A stretch of DNA of 64,000 nucleotides, from contig JBLDXI010000009.1 in NCBI GenBank assembly GCA_047495785.1, forward strand, positions 4,464,001 to 4,528,000, in the 5' to 3' direction. The notes beneath the pieces are model-generated. The model did not search any database, was not told the origin of the DNA, and saw only the letters and a list, made by a program, of their open reading frames with translations. The stretch is from Lepidodermella squamata. Its lineage: Eukaryota; Animalia; Gastrotricha. The translations under genes and the position numbers were made by a program. Below, in pieces: positions 35,933 through 49,021 of the stretch. How positions within the stretch are numbered: the first letter of the stretch is position 1; each line of letters opens with the position of its first letter.

Positions 35933-36966
35933 AGCATAACTCCTATAAATGAGAATAAATGGTACGCCTATTACAACTAAGGATTAATTATGCAAGCCCT
36001 GGGACCTATTGTCTCATATTTACGAGGCCAATTTCTCGACGAATTCGGGTCCTTAGATTTGTCTCGGATCAGTAACTTTAGGGAAGGTTAAACCATTTGT
36101 TATAAATTGCTAAAAAAAAGAGAGTGAGCTTATTAGGAGCTCTGTTTTGCGAGTTCATAATTACCTATTCGTGATTTTTTAATTAGAGTAGTTGAAAATC
36201 AGTTTATTCTGAAGGCTTGCATGCTTCGTTACGGTCAGTTTCAGATGAATAGAAAATGACGAGCATATTAGTTGGCCACAGAGCAAACACTACAGAAAGC
36301 ATGGCTATGCGGCATATAGGCGCTGTACTAACAGCTGTCACTGCACGTTTTACTACGGCACTTTTAATTTCCCAGGCATTAAGGGGGTGGAATAAATCAA
36401 TTTGCTGGGTGAGATATCAGGCGAAAAAATTAGCTACAAACAAGGTGTTTTAACAGCTGGACCGAGTGGGCCGCAAATTAAAATATGTCAATTCAATTAA
36501 GAATTAAGAAGCGCAAATTCCAGATTTGAGGTTAGCCTCTCGCAGTTGATGTCATTTTACCAAAGTTAACACTAAAGCCGGTGCAAGATTTCGCCTACGC
36601 TGATAGTCCGAATGTTACGGCTGATGAATAAATAACGTCTATACTAATATTTGCAGATTTTAAAGAACGATAAACAGTGAAGTATAAATCTAACGCAAAG
36701 CTGTAAATACTGTAAAAAGCTATGAATTTGACAATATTGTTGTACTTGGGATGACAATTCATCAAGAGAAATTGAGCGGAAAATGACTGGGGGTTTGAGT
36801 CAACTACAAAGACAGAATTGAAGAAGAAGTAAAAGTATTTGCTTTTTGGCCATTCATTTCTAAGAAATCTATTAGCCGATTTTCTGTTTCACCGAACTGG
36901 AATCAAATGATGTATTGTTAAGAAAGAATATAATTAGCAGTGCTGAAATTTGGAGACCATTCCATT

Positions 36967-37613
36967 TTAGCTACTATGTGGTATATTCGTTAAATCAGGA
37001 AAATATAAAGCGGCCTGAGCCAACAATTTTGAATGACAGCCAATTCCCCTAATGCTGTTTTTTTTACGTATTTCATCAATGAATCCTAGTGCGGTTGTGA
37101 ATGAAAAAATGCGAGCGACCGAACAGCGTGCACTCGAACACTTGCATGAGTAATCTCGATGTGTATCGATCTGTAAACATGGGAAGATTGAGCAGCGGGC
37201 CCGTGTCAGTTTCAAGCCAGTGTGTTTAGAAATCTTGAACACGGCCATAGTAAGACATCGGATGCATGAATAAAGCGGATGAATATATTTTCTTAATTAA
37301 AGAGATAAAATATTCAACTAATAAATCCAACGGCATCCAGAAAAGATGCAGAAAGAAAATAATTATAGGAGTTACAGACATCGAGAGGGGCGCTGTACTC
37401 CTTCTGAAAGCACTCAGTCCAGCGGTGCAATGAAAAAACCGTGCATAAATAAAAGTATATAATAAATTGCCTTTGCAGGTATCGTAACCTATTAAGTGAG
37501 ACACGCTGTATCGTATGAAGAGATAATATTTTGTGTTGTGGCAACACGCATGCAGGTATTAAAATTGAAAAAATCTTCAACGCAAAATGATAGACTACTA
37601 TGCTCTTTATCAC
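36967..37613 (-). pseudogene. Possible highly decayed hAT transposase relic
   Basis: FPCL...RDY....SSA..SVARIFS loosely resembles the hAT C-terminal dimerisation motif; frames are broken. Confidence 0.25.
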
Positions 37614-38491
37614 GGCGCGAGAGCTTCTTTTATTCGGTAGATTATTTGTTGAATATCGAAACGAAAAGCTTATTATTTTGTCCTTTTTCCAGATGAATGA
37701 TGCCTAAAGAAAATTATACAGAAAATTATCATTTTGGTGGTTGAGACATTTGACATCGGCGCGCGCAATTTGGTTTTAATGTCGCAATTTCGGCCTCGCG
37801 CGCGAACTGAAGTCCACTTGTAACTCTCATTTGCGCAACACGGTGAAGTATCTAGGTGGTTTTCAGAAATTTGCAAATTTTGCAACAATTTATTACATAC
37901 TTCGAACATCGAACTGGAGAAATGAAAATTACCGCATGCATAAATGGATGAATGGGATATTCGTTACACTGCGTTGCATGCGAGCCAATGGGCCTGGCAA
38001 TATAATACCCTGTATTAGTCTCGCTGCGATGAGATAATCGAAAATATCTTAGCATTGCAATTTTCCGGTATAATTGCAGATTGCAGTTTTGGTTTTATAG
38101 TTTTAACCAGAGGTAAAAAAGTGACCTGATTTAAATTGCGTGGTCTGCAAAACGAAAAAAAGAGTGTCACATCTTTAACGTTGTTTGTGCATCCCCGCTG
38201 AAGTGATAAGATGACTGCTCAGCGATATAGCGTATTAGTATTAGATGATATTGCACGATATGCACTTGATACCAAATCTAACTGCTGTGATGGAGAAAAA
38301 ATCAATTTTTCCGCACCTCCACAAGTGTATCCACACAGCTAGTATCCATAGCATAGGTTTAGTATAAATCGTATGTGAAAACTGCGCTAGCAAGCGGAAA
38401 GATATATGCGCATTGAAATAGATTTGAAAAGAAATATTACAAAATAAGCGAAAGCGGAGCTCAAATTTTATACGATATATCGAGAGTAAAA

Positions 38492-39832
38492 TCAAGCAAT
38501 GATGGTGTGCATGAAAACGATGCTGATGATAGCAGCACTCGAAACAGCGAATACAAACATTGCGAAATCCAAAGCGTCCATTTTAGAAATTTTCTGTTTC
38601 CCCACTTGGAATGCAACCGTTTTGAAGCCTTTACTTTCAGCCAACCGACATGAAATCAGCATGTAAATCGTAACAGCCATTGTAAGGATAGATAGAGAAC
38701 CAATATAGTAGACGAAATAGATCACTTCAGATGTTTTCGGGATGGAGGCTACGAAGGAAGATTGTGAAACGCTTAGGGCCAGATAGACGGTAACCGCGAA
38801 AGATGATCGATCCGGGTGTTCAACCGGCATAGCAAACGTAGCCAAGACCATGGTTACCAGAATCAAAGTCGGGAGTAGAATGGTTATGACGTGATATGCT
38901 GGTTTCCGTTTCAACTCGAATAAACAAACTGCTTGGCCGTAGCCATGGTCGGAGTAGTCGGGTCTGCATTCAACCGAAATCAGCATCCAAATTTCTGCGT
39001 CATCAATGAACGTTGAGTTGTTGATGAATTTTTGGTCAACACTTGATACATTGGCGGACTCGCTGTAAACTGAAAGGATGATGTCGCATGATTGCGTGTC
39101 GAATGGAAATTTTGAGAAGCTGCAGTACATCCTTGATTAAAATTTGTAATAGCATTATAAAATATTCTTACTCGAAAGAGCACGTCGAATCCAGTAGATT
39201 CTTGTTCATCATGACTGCTTTACCAGTTCCATAGACTTTGATGAACGAATTTCCTGACCTGCGAAACAAAAGCTTCTACTTTAGTTCGTTTAGTTCCTTT
39301 AGCATCCCGCATACTTTTCCAAGCTGTAAGTATCTGTTGCGCTGTTTAAATGCAGCACTAAGGGGTGGTAAATTTTTTCTTTGTGATAATCGCAAAATTT
39401 TAAGTTCTGCGTGACTCCTCCTGCAATCAGAGCATTGACCGTAGTATCTTGGAAATCCGTTACGCCAGCAAAAGTGGCACAGTCTGGCAGCTGCCAAGCT
39501 GTGATAAGGTCTATCTGTATTGAAAATCTGAAAAAGCTGGATATAAGTGTTCGTAGAAGTTTCAACCCAACAGTTTACATTTGCGTTAAATCGTCAAGAC
39601 TTTGAAACTTGTCAAAAACAAATGAGATTTCCACTCCGACTTTGACCAACGGACCAAAGCGGTATGGCACTGCTCTTGTGCTTCGAAGATACGGGCAATG
39701 TTTTGCAAGATAGTCGCAGAGAACGTCCTCAGGAGCATCGACGAAAGCTGAAGGGATGTAGGCCTTCTTTTGGCCTTGGGCGAAAGTTAGCTTCGAAGAG
39801 ATAACAATAGCTATGGCGAAAACGAGGCGCAT
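38492..39832 (-). CDS. Divergent Cys-loop channel subunit, tandem copy A
   Basis: Signal peptide; spliced Cys-loop CSFDFSKFPFDTQSC; LKRKPAY; HPDRSSFAVTVYLAL; IPKTS; four TMs. Confidence 0.85.
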
Positions 39833-41067
39833 TTTGAAAACGAAAGGGTATATGGGATTTTTCAGAACAGCTCAAGGCTGCCTTTCTATCGAAACGGGAA
39901 ATTTGATAATTGGTGTATTTGCTTTTTTGAAATGTTATTAAAAAGTGGCGAATCATGGATACCTCATCACAGGAAACATGATATTGATAGAAACCTTGAC
40001 GATTCGAAAGATCACACGACGCAGAAACCTCAATCGATAGAATTCAATAACTACAGTGCGTTCACTAACTAATATGCCGGTTATTTTTAGAAACAATGAA
40101 TCACACGCACTTCGTCTTAGCGACGTTAGCAATTAATGCTTATGAATGGCTAGTTTTATTGCGTCAATTAAACCGATTTGTATACACTGAATGAAATACC
40201 ATTTCATAGTCTTATTATTATCACTTGCTACCACCATTACCACTCCCAATTTAACAGCCACTTGAATTCAATAAAATTTTAGGAGTTTTCTTGTAGCACA
40301 GTAACACCAGGAAAGTTTTACACGTCATTTCGGTAAAATTACTTCCATTTTTAATCAGTTGGCCATGTCTTGCACCAGATTCTTTGGTCCTCAATATCTG
40401 GTTAAAGATATTACTAGTTACTAGGCAGTCCTTTGACGTAAGAAGGCGGACGTCATCTCGTTACAACATTTAGTTCTGGATCACCTGAGGTGAGGATCTT
40501 AGCGCCTACAGGCATCCGGCTATGGCCATCTTTACTCGAATAATAACTAATGGCACATTTTGCAAATCGTTCGTTCAATTTGAAATTTGCGGGCGAGACT
40601 GAAAAGTCTCATTAATAGAGTGAAACTGCGCAATAAAACGGAAAAGCTAGCCAACAGTTGTCCTCTCATTTGCATATATTCACAGTATTCACAGAATTGA
40701 AATGATCGCGTGTTTCAAAAGTGCTGATGATCTCACTTTTTCCCTGAGTTTTTCGGGCTCTTTTAGTAATATTTCCAGATTAGTCGCGTGCGGATAAAGG
40801 CCGGGTTTAAATTCGAAAGGTAAAATACGAGAAGACAAGGCATTACTTAGTCTTAAAGTTCGGTTTTTATTTTGCTCTTGAAAATTTATATACTCAACTC
40901 TAGGACTAATAATTGATCATTTTACGAAGAAAATGATTGGATTATAAACTAAAACAACCTTCAAAGTTGATTTCTCTATCATTTCGTTTTCTATATGGAG
41001 CACTGAAAAATATTTGAAAACATATTACAAAATATGCAAGGAGAGCTCATAGTTTTGACAAGTAAAA

Positions 41068-42401
41068 TTAAGCGGTGATGGCGTGCACGAAAACTATGCT
41101 AGAAATGGTTGCAGTTGAGGCAGCTAATATGAACATTGCAAAATCCAAAGCGGCGAGTTTCGAAAAATTCTGTTTTCTCACTTGGAATACAAACATTTTC
41201 AAGCGTTTAGTCTCGGCCAAGCGACACGAAATCAGCATGTAAATCGTAACAAGCATTGTCAGAATAGACAGTGAGCCAATGTAATAGACGAGATAGATTA
41301 CTTCTGATGTTTTCGGGATAGAAGCTACGAAAGAAGATTGTGAAACGCTTAAGGCCAGATAGACGGTCACAGCGAAAGATGATCGATCTGGGTGTTCAAC
41401 CGGCATAGCAAACGTAGCCAAAACCATGGTTACCAGGATCAAAGTCGGGAGTAGAATAGTTATGACGTAGTAGGCTGGTTTTCGCTTCAATTCGAATAAG
41501 CAGACAGCTTGGCCGTAGCCATGGTCAGAGTAGTCCGGTCTGCATTCAACTGAAATTAGCGTCCAAATTTCTGCGTCATCAATGAACGTTGAGTTATCGA
41601 CGAATTTCTGCTTAACACTTGATACATTGGCAGACTCGCTATAAACCGATAGGACGATATCGCATGTTTGTGTATCGAATGGAAACTTTGAGAAGCTGGA
41701 GAAAAAGTACGGATTAAAGTTCATTATAGCATTTCAAGCAAATCTCACTCGAAAGAACACGTCGAATCCAGCAGATTTTTATTCATCATGACCGCTTTTC
41801 CACTTCCATTAACTTTGATAATCGGATTCCCCGATCTGAAAAAGAAAGTTGCTGCTTTAGTCGCTTAATTCCATAAGAATACTTTTCCAAGCTGTAAGTA
41901 TCTGTTGCGCTGTTCAAATGCAGAACTAAAGGGTGGTAAATGTTTTCTTTGTGATAATCGCAAAATTTCAAGTTCTGCGTGACTTCTCCAGCAAGCAGAA
42001 CATTGACTGTGGTATCCTCGAAATCCGTCACACCAGCAAAAGTGGCACAGTCTGGCAGCTGCCATGATGTGATAAGGTCCACCTGTATTGAAAATCTGAA
42101 AAAGACGAGTATGGTAGTTAACATATTTCAACCCGCCAACAGTTTACATTTGCGTCAAATCGTCCAGACTTCGAAATTTTGCAAAAATGAATGAGATTTC
42201 CACTCCGACTTTGACCAACGGACCAAAGCGGTATGGCACTGCTCTCGTGCTTCGGAGATATGGGCAATGTTTAGCAAGATAGTCGCAAAGAACGTCCTCG
42301 GGAGCAGTGATGACAGTTGAAGGGATGTAGGCCTTTGATTGTCCTTGGGCGAAAGTTAGCTTCGTGGAGATAACAAGTACCAATGCAAAAACCAAGTGCA
42401 T
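41068..42401 (-). CDS. Divergent Cys-loop channel subunit, tandem copy B (very close to A)
   Basis: Same exon structure and near-identical peptide segments as copy A. Confidence 0.85.
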
Positions 42402-42736
42402 GTTGAAGAGCGGAGGATTCATCCAATTTTTAAAGAATGGCACAAGCCTGTCAGCCAGTCCTAACGGAAATTTGATTATTTTCGTGTAGGCTTTTTCGAA
42501 ACTTTATTAAATATCGGCGAATCGTGAAAACCCCATCACTGGGAACATGAAGATCACGCCACACAAAAAATGCACTCAACGCATAGTTTACGAATTTTAC
42601 CTTGTCCTCAAGCTCAAGTCCGGTTTCTTTCCTGCACATTTATTTGCATAATTCCAGATACATATAAATTTTACAAAGAAAACAATTCGACAAATCTACA
42701 AAATTTTCGGAAAATATGCTCAAAGAATTCCCACGC

Positions 42737-44288
42737 CTAAGCAGTTATATAATACATAAAAGTACCGCTTATAATAATAGTTGAAGAGATAGACAAAGCG
42801 AACGCAGCGAGATCGACGGCAGCCATTTTGGAAACTTTAATGTTTCCGATTCGAAAAGCCAACACTTTCAGTTGTTTAGCCCCTGCTAATCGGCTGGCTA
42901 TAAGCATGTAGATTGTTACAGCCATTGTAACAATTGAGAGAAAGCCGATGTAATAAACCAGGTAAATTATTTCTGACGTCTTGGGCATAGACGCGACGAA
43001 TGAGGACTGCGCAACGCTGAGAGCCAAGTAGACTGTGACAGCAAACGATGCTCGATCTGGGTATTCAACCGGCATTGCGAAGGTAGCTAAAACCATGGTT
43101 ACCAGGATTAAAGTAGGTAGGAGTATGGTTATGACGTGATATGCCGGTTTCCGCTTCAACACGAAGGAGCATATCGCTTGGCCGTAGGAAAAATCTGAAT
43201 AGTCCGGCCTGCAGATTACCGAGACTAGGGCCCAGATTTCGGCATCGTCAATGAAATTGTTCTCGTTGATGAATTGCTGCTCAACAAATGACACATTAGC
43301 TGTTTCGCTGAAGATGGATAGGATAATTTCGCATGTTTGAGTATCGAAAGGGAACTTCGAAAAGCTGGAATGAAAATCGATGTAACATTGCACATACTTA
43401 AACTGACTTGAACAGCACTTATGGATAACACTTAAATTTTTTGTTTACCATACTGGAATACATACTAGTCATTTTTGAAGGTAGCTTGAAGGTAGCTGTA
43501 AAAGCAACTTGTAAACTTACTCGAAGGAACACACTGAATCGACCTGGTTTTTGTTCATCATTACCGCTTTGCCGTTGTCATTCACGTGAATGAATTTGTT
43601 GCCAGATCTATAAGGAACGTTAGGTTAAATTAATCACAATAACTCAAGTTCATCTCACGTTTCCAAGCTGTAAGTATCCCTTGCACTATTTAGATGCAAC
43701 ACAAGTGGATGGTAGATTTCTTCCTTGAGGTATTGGCAGAATTTAATGCTGCGAATCACTCCGGCCCGTTCGAGCTCATTCACTGCTGGGTCGCCAAAAT
43801 CAGTCACTCCGGCGAAAACTGCACAATCTGGCAGTTGCCACTTTGTCATTAGATCGATTTGTATTGAAAGCCTGAAAAGGCATGTTTTAAAATAGTACAT
43901 GCGTTTAGATCTAAAAACTCGCGCTAAACTTAACTCTAAACTATCACTTCTAGAAATTCACTTCAACTAAATTCGATCGAATCTTCACTTTTATAGGCTA
44001 AGGTTTTAGATTGCAGATTGTAACTTACACTTGCGTCAGGTCGTCCAGGCTGATAAATTTTCCCAGCGCAAACATGATTTCGACTTCAACCTTCTGCGAG
44101 CGGCCTCGCATAAAGGGCGTTGCTCTGGTGCTCTGGAGGTAAGGACAATTCTTAGCGAGAAAATTGCATAGTAAATCCTCAGGAGATGCAGAGTGGGCAG
44201 CTGGTATGTAAGTTTTCCCCGGATTCTGAGCAGCAACCTCTTTCGAGATGCACACCAAGAGTAAGGAAGTTGCTAGGAAGATGTTCAT
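42737..44288 (-). CDS. Divergent Cys-loop channel subunit, tandem copy C
   Basis: Same exons; FSKFPFDTQTC, YPDRASFAVTVYLAL, MPKTS. Confidence 0.85.
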
Positions 44289-44761
44289 GCTAACGGCTTT
44301 AACTGTCTGAATTCTCGAATGACAAATACTGAAAAAACTGACTTAAAGCTCAAATAAACTAAAATGTTATGCATCCTTACAGTTAGTGACGACAGTTATT
44401 GTCGCGATTGTTAATTCAGGAAATTAACTCGACGTCATCTTCCATTGTTTGCTGTGTTACTTTTTGATTGGATATCTGGCCGCAAGGAGCCTTCGCGTGC
44501 AGCTTATTGAATTTATGCCGATGAGCCAATACTTTTGGAGAGGTCAAATGCGTCATAAACTGAAACAAATCGGACTCTTGTTTAATAATTTTTACACAGA
44601 CGTTGTTGATTGCCAAGATTTAGGGTGCAGTATGATGACGTATTTCAAAACATAAGTTAACAAGTTAAGTATTTTATTTCTATAGCAAAGTAGTTGGATT
44701 AGTTAGAAAATTCATAGAAATGTCCCCAATGATGCGCCGTTTCGACTTATATTGCGCAATC

Positions 44762-47700
44762 CTAGGCGGATATTAGAGCTTTGGCAAACTTCTGGCGTAG
44801 CCGGAGATTACGCAGCTGACCTAAGAGAAGAGAAGCGGAAAAATATGAAAATTTCAAAAAGCTTCTATCACTCACGAGGCTCGTCAGGTACGCAGGCGGC
44901 AACAACAGCTCGCAGGCCGAAGACAATGTGCTCGAAAATGATGAAAACCCAAAATCGCCACCAAATTGATAACTCAGTGCCCCAGGAGCTCAGCAAAACT
45001 TCAAGATTAAGTAATTACTATATTGAATTTTCCGAAAATGCGGAAACATTCTTACCGACTATCAACGGATTCGTGATGATGCCACAAAACGTCAAAAACT
45101 CGACAATATCAGCCCAAACTCCAATTCCATTCGATTTCATAGAAACAGGCCGGCGGTAAGATTCAACCCTTGAACAAATGCACGTCTAAATCTACAATGC
45201 AAATCGAAAATGCTCACATTCTTCCTATATCCAGGTTGAGATCGATTCGCATGATGATCATGGCCAGAGCTGGGGCTGGTGGTAATGCTACGGCGAACAT
45301 TTGAAGAGCCCCAAACACAATCGTTTTCTCAATGAATTCTTCGATTGTGAATTCACGCCAGCTAATCGTTGACAGTTCCTGCAGATTGTCGTACTGGTTA
45401 TCCAACTCTTCCACTATCTTTTGCTTATCATTCCCCTTGTTGCCAATTGCCGGCAAACTGCTGACTTTCTTGCCAGATTTCAACGAGGTGAAAATACCGA
45501 TGACAATCGGTAGTAAACGGTCTTTGATTGTATGAATCAAGGGCGATGTAACTATGATGCTGAGCAACTGCTTTGACAACATGGCCATACACGGCATTTG
45601 TTTACAAGTTCGATACCGCGCCGAAGCTACTGCCTGTTGGTCGCTGACATCAATGCCTGTCAGCTCTGGGGCGAAAACCACAGTATCACCGTAGCTAGGC
45701 CCGACGACAAAGGCGATGTAGAAAAGGATTGAATAGTTGTTGACAAAGCGAAATGCGAACATTTTCAGTATCAGAGAGCTATTGAAGCTCGATTGAGTCG
45801 AATGGCCCTCCAAATGCGTCAGAGGGTAGCAAACATATGAGTAGAGTCCGTCCAGGATAACGATTGACACGGAATGAAGAACAACGCAGATTATGTTGCA
45901 TAAGAACCAACTGGACGCTTTCGTAACAAAGCCCTCGTCTTCATCGCCTGGCGGAGGGGGTGGAACCTCGCCCTTGATCGGGGCCGCGAAGTGACAGTAT
46001 TTGATCGAAAGTTTGACATCGAGCTGATTGATCAGGTAAATCGACCCCCAGACGCTGAACATGAAAAGTAGTGTGACTACGAAACTCGGTACGTAGGTGA
46101 TCCAATGAGTTCTCGGAAAGCTGTGAAGACGTTCGACAACTTTCAACGTATATACATTGACTCTTCGCAACTCGCTATCCTCAAGGCCGCCAACACGCCA
46201 CAGGAACTTGTACCAAACCGCACGACGCTTCCAGAACTCGCCGAATACAGTGCCCCATAGTATCATGACAGCTGCGAATCCAATTGTAGCGTAATTGTCG
46301 CAGGCCTTGGCTAGGACCCATCCCACTGTTTCTTGCTCTTCGTTCAAAGCATTGCCAGTTGTGTTACTGACTTGGAATGCGTAATAGATGAGACCAGCGA
46401 TGAACATAAGTACGCCGATAATTCCAGGGACCGAAAGGCTCATGATCAAAAGCTCGATCCAGGCGAAGTAGAAACCGATTTTCTCGCCGAAATAAGATCT
46501 CAGGGTGTCTAATGGTAGTAAGTGGTACATTCTGTATAGCGATGAAGTTGTGGACTCGGATTCTGCATAGTCTTTATCTGTGTCCAGCGTTCCGTCTCCG
46601 TCATCGTCCGATCGGAAGAATCGAATGGTCAAAGCGTTGCGAATAGCGCTAACCCGGCTCAAGAAATTTCGTTCATCTGAACAAGAGAAATTCCAAGCCT
46701 GTAAGCAGAATTAAAGGCTGAAACTCACTTTCATCAGGCCTTTTGTCATAATCCACACAGTCGACCGTATTCGTGTACCAAAATGATCTCCACATGTGAC
46801 TTGAAATATGAAAACATGATGTTGATCACATTTTAGTGTTTATAGTTGCATCTTACCAAATCTTTCCTCCAAACCCGGCTTCTGGGCTAGAAGGTTGGCA
46901 GCAGTAGCAACTTTCGCACTGGCATGTCATGCAGGGGAAACAACAGTTGCGGCAGCATTTTTGGCCCCGTTGGTCACCTGGCTCTATTTTGGTCTTGTTC
47001 TGAAGAGCAAGCGGTTGATGCAAGCAAAGCCAATCGTCGAAGATGCCCCGCTCGATGACATCGGTGAGGTTTACCTCAATTGTTGTCATTTTGTTATCGT
47101 CCTCATTAGAGCCGCACGATAAGACATTACGCCAGGGTGAAATCCCGCTTTCAGGCATATCAAGTTTTAGTCGTGCTCCTGAATCAAGAATGAGTCATCA
47201 ATCGCCTTTAAGCTTACAGAATCATACCTATTAAAAAGTGATACGCCAAATCGTGCCGTAGTTGAGGTGGATACGAATTTCGGCCTCTGGAGTTCAAATT
47301 GTATTGAAACATTTCATCATTCAGCTTTCATCTTACTTGCAATCGTGGAATTCCTTGAAGCGATACTCAACATTCTGACCACCAGCTTTTCCTTGTTGGC
47401 CTCCGCTAGTTCTAGCTTTCTTTACGAAGCAGAACGTTTTGTAAGCTTGAACACCCAGATGGGGCAACGGATTCGATTTGTCGCCATCTTGAGGGACGGT
47501 TTTCGGCAACAATCGCCATTGATAGGCCATCAATTGGGTCATAAGGCCGAGATGAGCGAACGACAGATTGATCGCGTAGAAAATGTGGTCTTTCGATTCG
47601 AATTTCTCGTAAGTCACACCATACTCAGATTTTAGGCTCTAAAGGTCGTATTCAACAATTTTTAATTGTTTAATTTAATTTAATTAAATTAAAAAAAAGT

Positions 47701-48156
47701 AAAAGTTAAATGCTTCTTAAATATAACTAATTATTAGCCTAATTAGTTAATTAATTAATTCTTAATTTTGCTCACGTTGAGATATGATTCTCGAAGAATT
47801 TTGGCCCGAGTTTCGAAATGAGTTTCGCCACCGTCTTCTTTATCTTTCGAATTGTCATTATCGCAGCAGTCGCAACACGCCTTGCAGCAGCCAGCTTCAC
47901 TCGTAGCGATTTTCGCGCCCAATTTGTATAAAAACGGCTTTGCTTCAGGTTTGTGCGCGATCAACACGAAGTCGACATCCTCCAGCGATGAAAGGCCGCT
48001 TGATAGCAGTTCCTTGTTGGTGCTACCAAGGCTTTGAACATTCGATTTAACGAAGGTATCCACACGGCCGGAGATCAAATCGTCGAAGATGAAAGTCGCA
48101 TCCTTCCCAGCTGGTTTCGGCTGCTTCGCTATTAATTGACCATCATTTTTCGACAT
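44762..48156 (-). CDS. Anoctamin/TMEM16 family protein (multi-exon)
   Basis: LRSYFGEKIGFYFAW, EFWKRR, LKMFAFRFVNNYS.LFYIAF, EEFIEK...FG...FAVALPPAP, GIGVW, FIIFEH, VPDEP; stop at 44762-44764. Confidence 0.88.
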
Positions 48157-49021
48157 GGCAGCTTAAATAATTCCGAAAAAAATTTCAAGACAGATTATGC
48201 ATTTATTGTGAGCGAAAATGCAGATCACGCGCTTGATGCGTATACTGCCTGCTTAGCAACTGTTTGGCTGAATGATGAATGTTGATTTATACCTATTGAG
48301 AAAGGCCATTGATAAAAACTTGTTATTGAAACTTCACAGACGGCTTAATTTCAGGTCAAAATGGGCATACAACTCAAGAGTCTGAAATACGCACGAAATT
48401 TTCAAATATTTTGATATTTTATTTAAAATTTGATTTCTTTTCATTTTTAATCATCGCAAAAAAAAAACATTTTGATCGGAGCAGTAGGTATAAAAGACTC
48501 AAAAGAGATAATAAGAAGCGTTTCTTATTGCAGTTCAATTCCATGATATATAGCGATATCGCACAGCGAAAGTCGTCGAAGTACATAACAAGCGCGTATT
48601 TGATGTATATAAATTTTCACAACGCGGGTAACAATGATATTTTATATACATATGAACATCACTTCGAGTAATTGGTGCTCTGGCTAAACATAACAACAAG
48701 TTCATGTTTTTGACTAAAACGTTAATTGAATTTTTCTTCACACCAATATTTACAGGATTTTCTTAGCAATTATAATTATTTTTATAAAGTTGGGCACAAC
48801 AAGTTAATTTGCATAAAAAATGAGCGGAGATTACATTTCGAATAAAACAAGGTGATTCTCAAACAAATTTTCGGCCATTTCAGTTCTCAATTCCAAATTT
48901 GGCAACATCCGGCATCTCCATTATTTTTCCTTATTTAGAGACATTAGAGACAAATCATTTTGAAAAATTTTGATTATTTTTCTCAATATTTTAGATGATT
49001 TTTCTTATTTTTGCCAGATTT

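Noticed and set aside
36256-38495. Numerous 60-100 aa ORFs as host genes
   Set aside because: No motifs beyond a weak hAT-like trace; AT-rich and with inconsistent frames
44752-45159. 135-aa plus-strand ORF
   Set aside because: Antisense shadow of the anoctamin 3' exons
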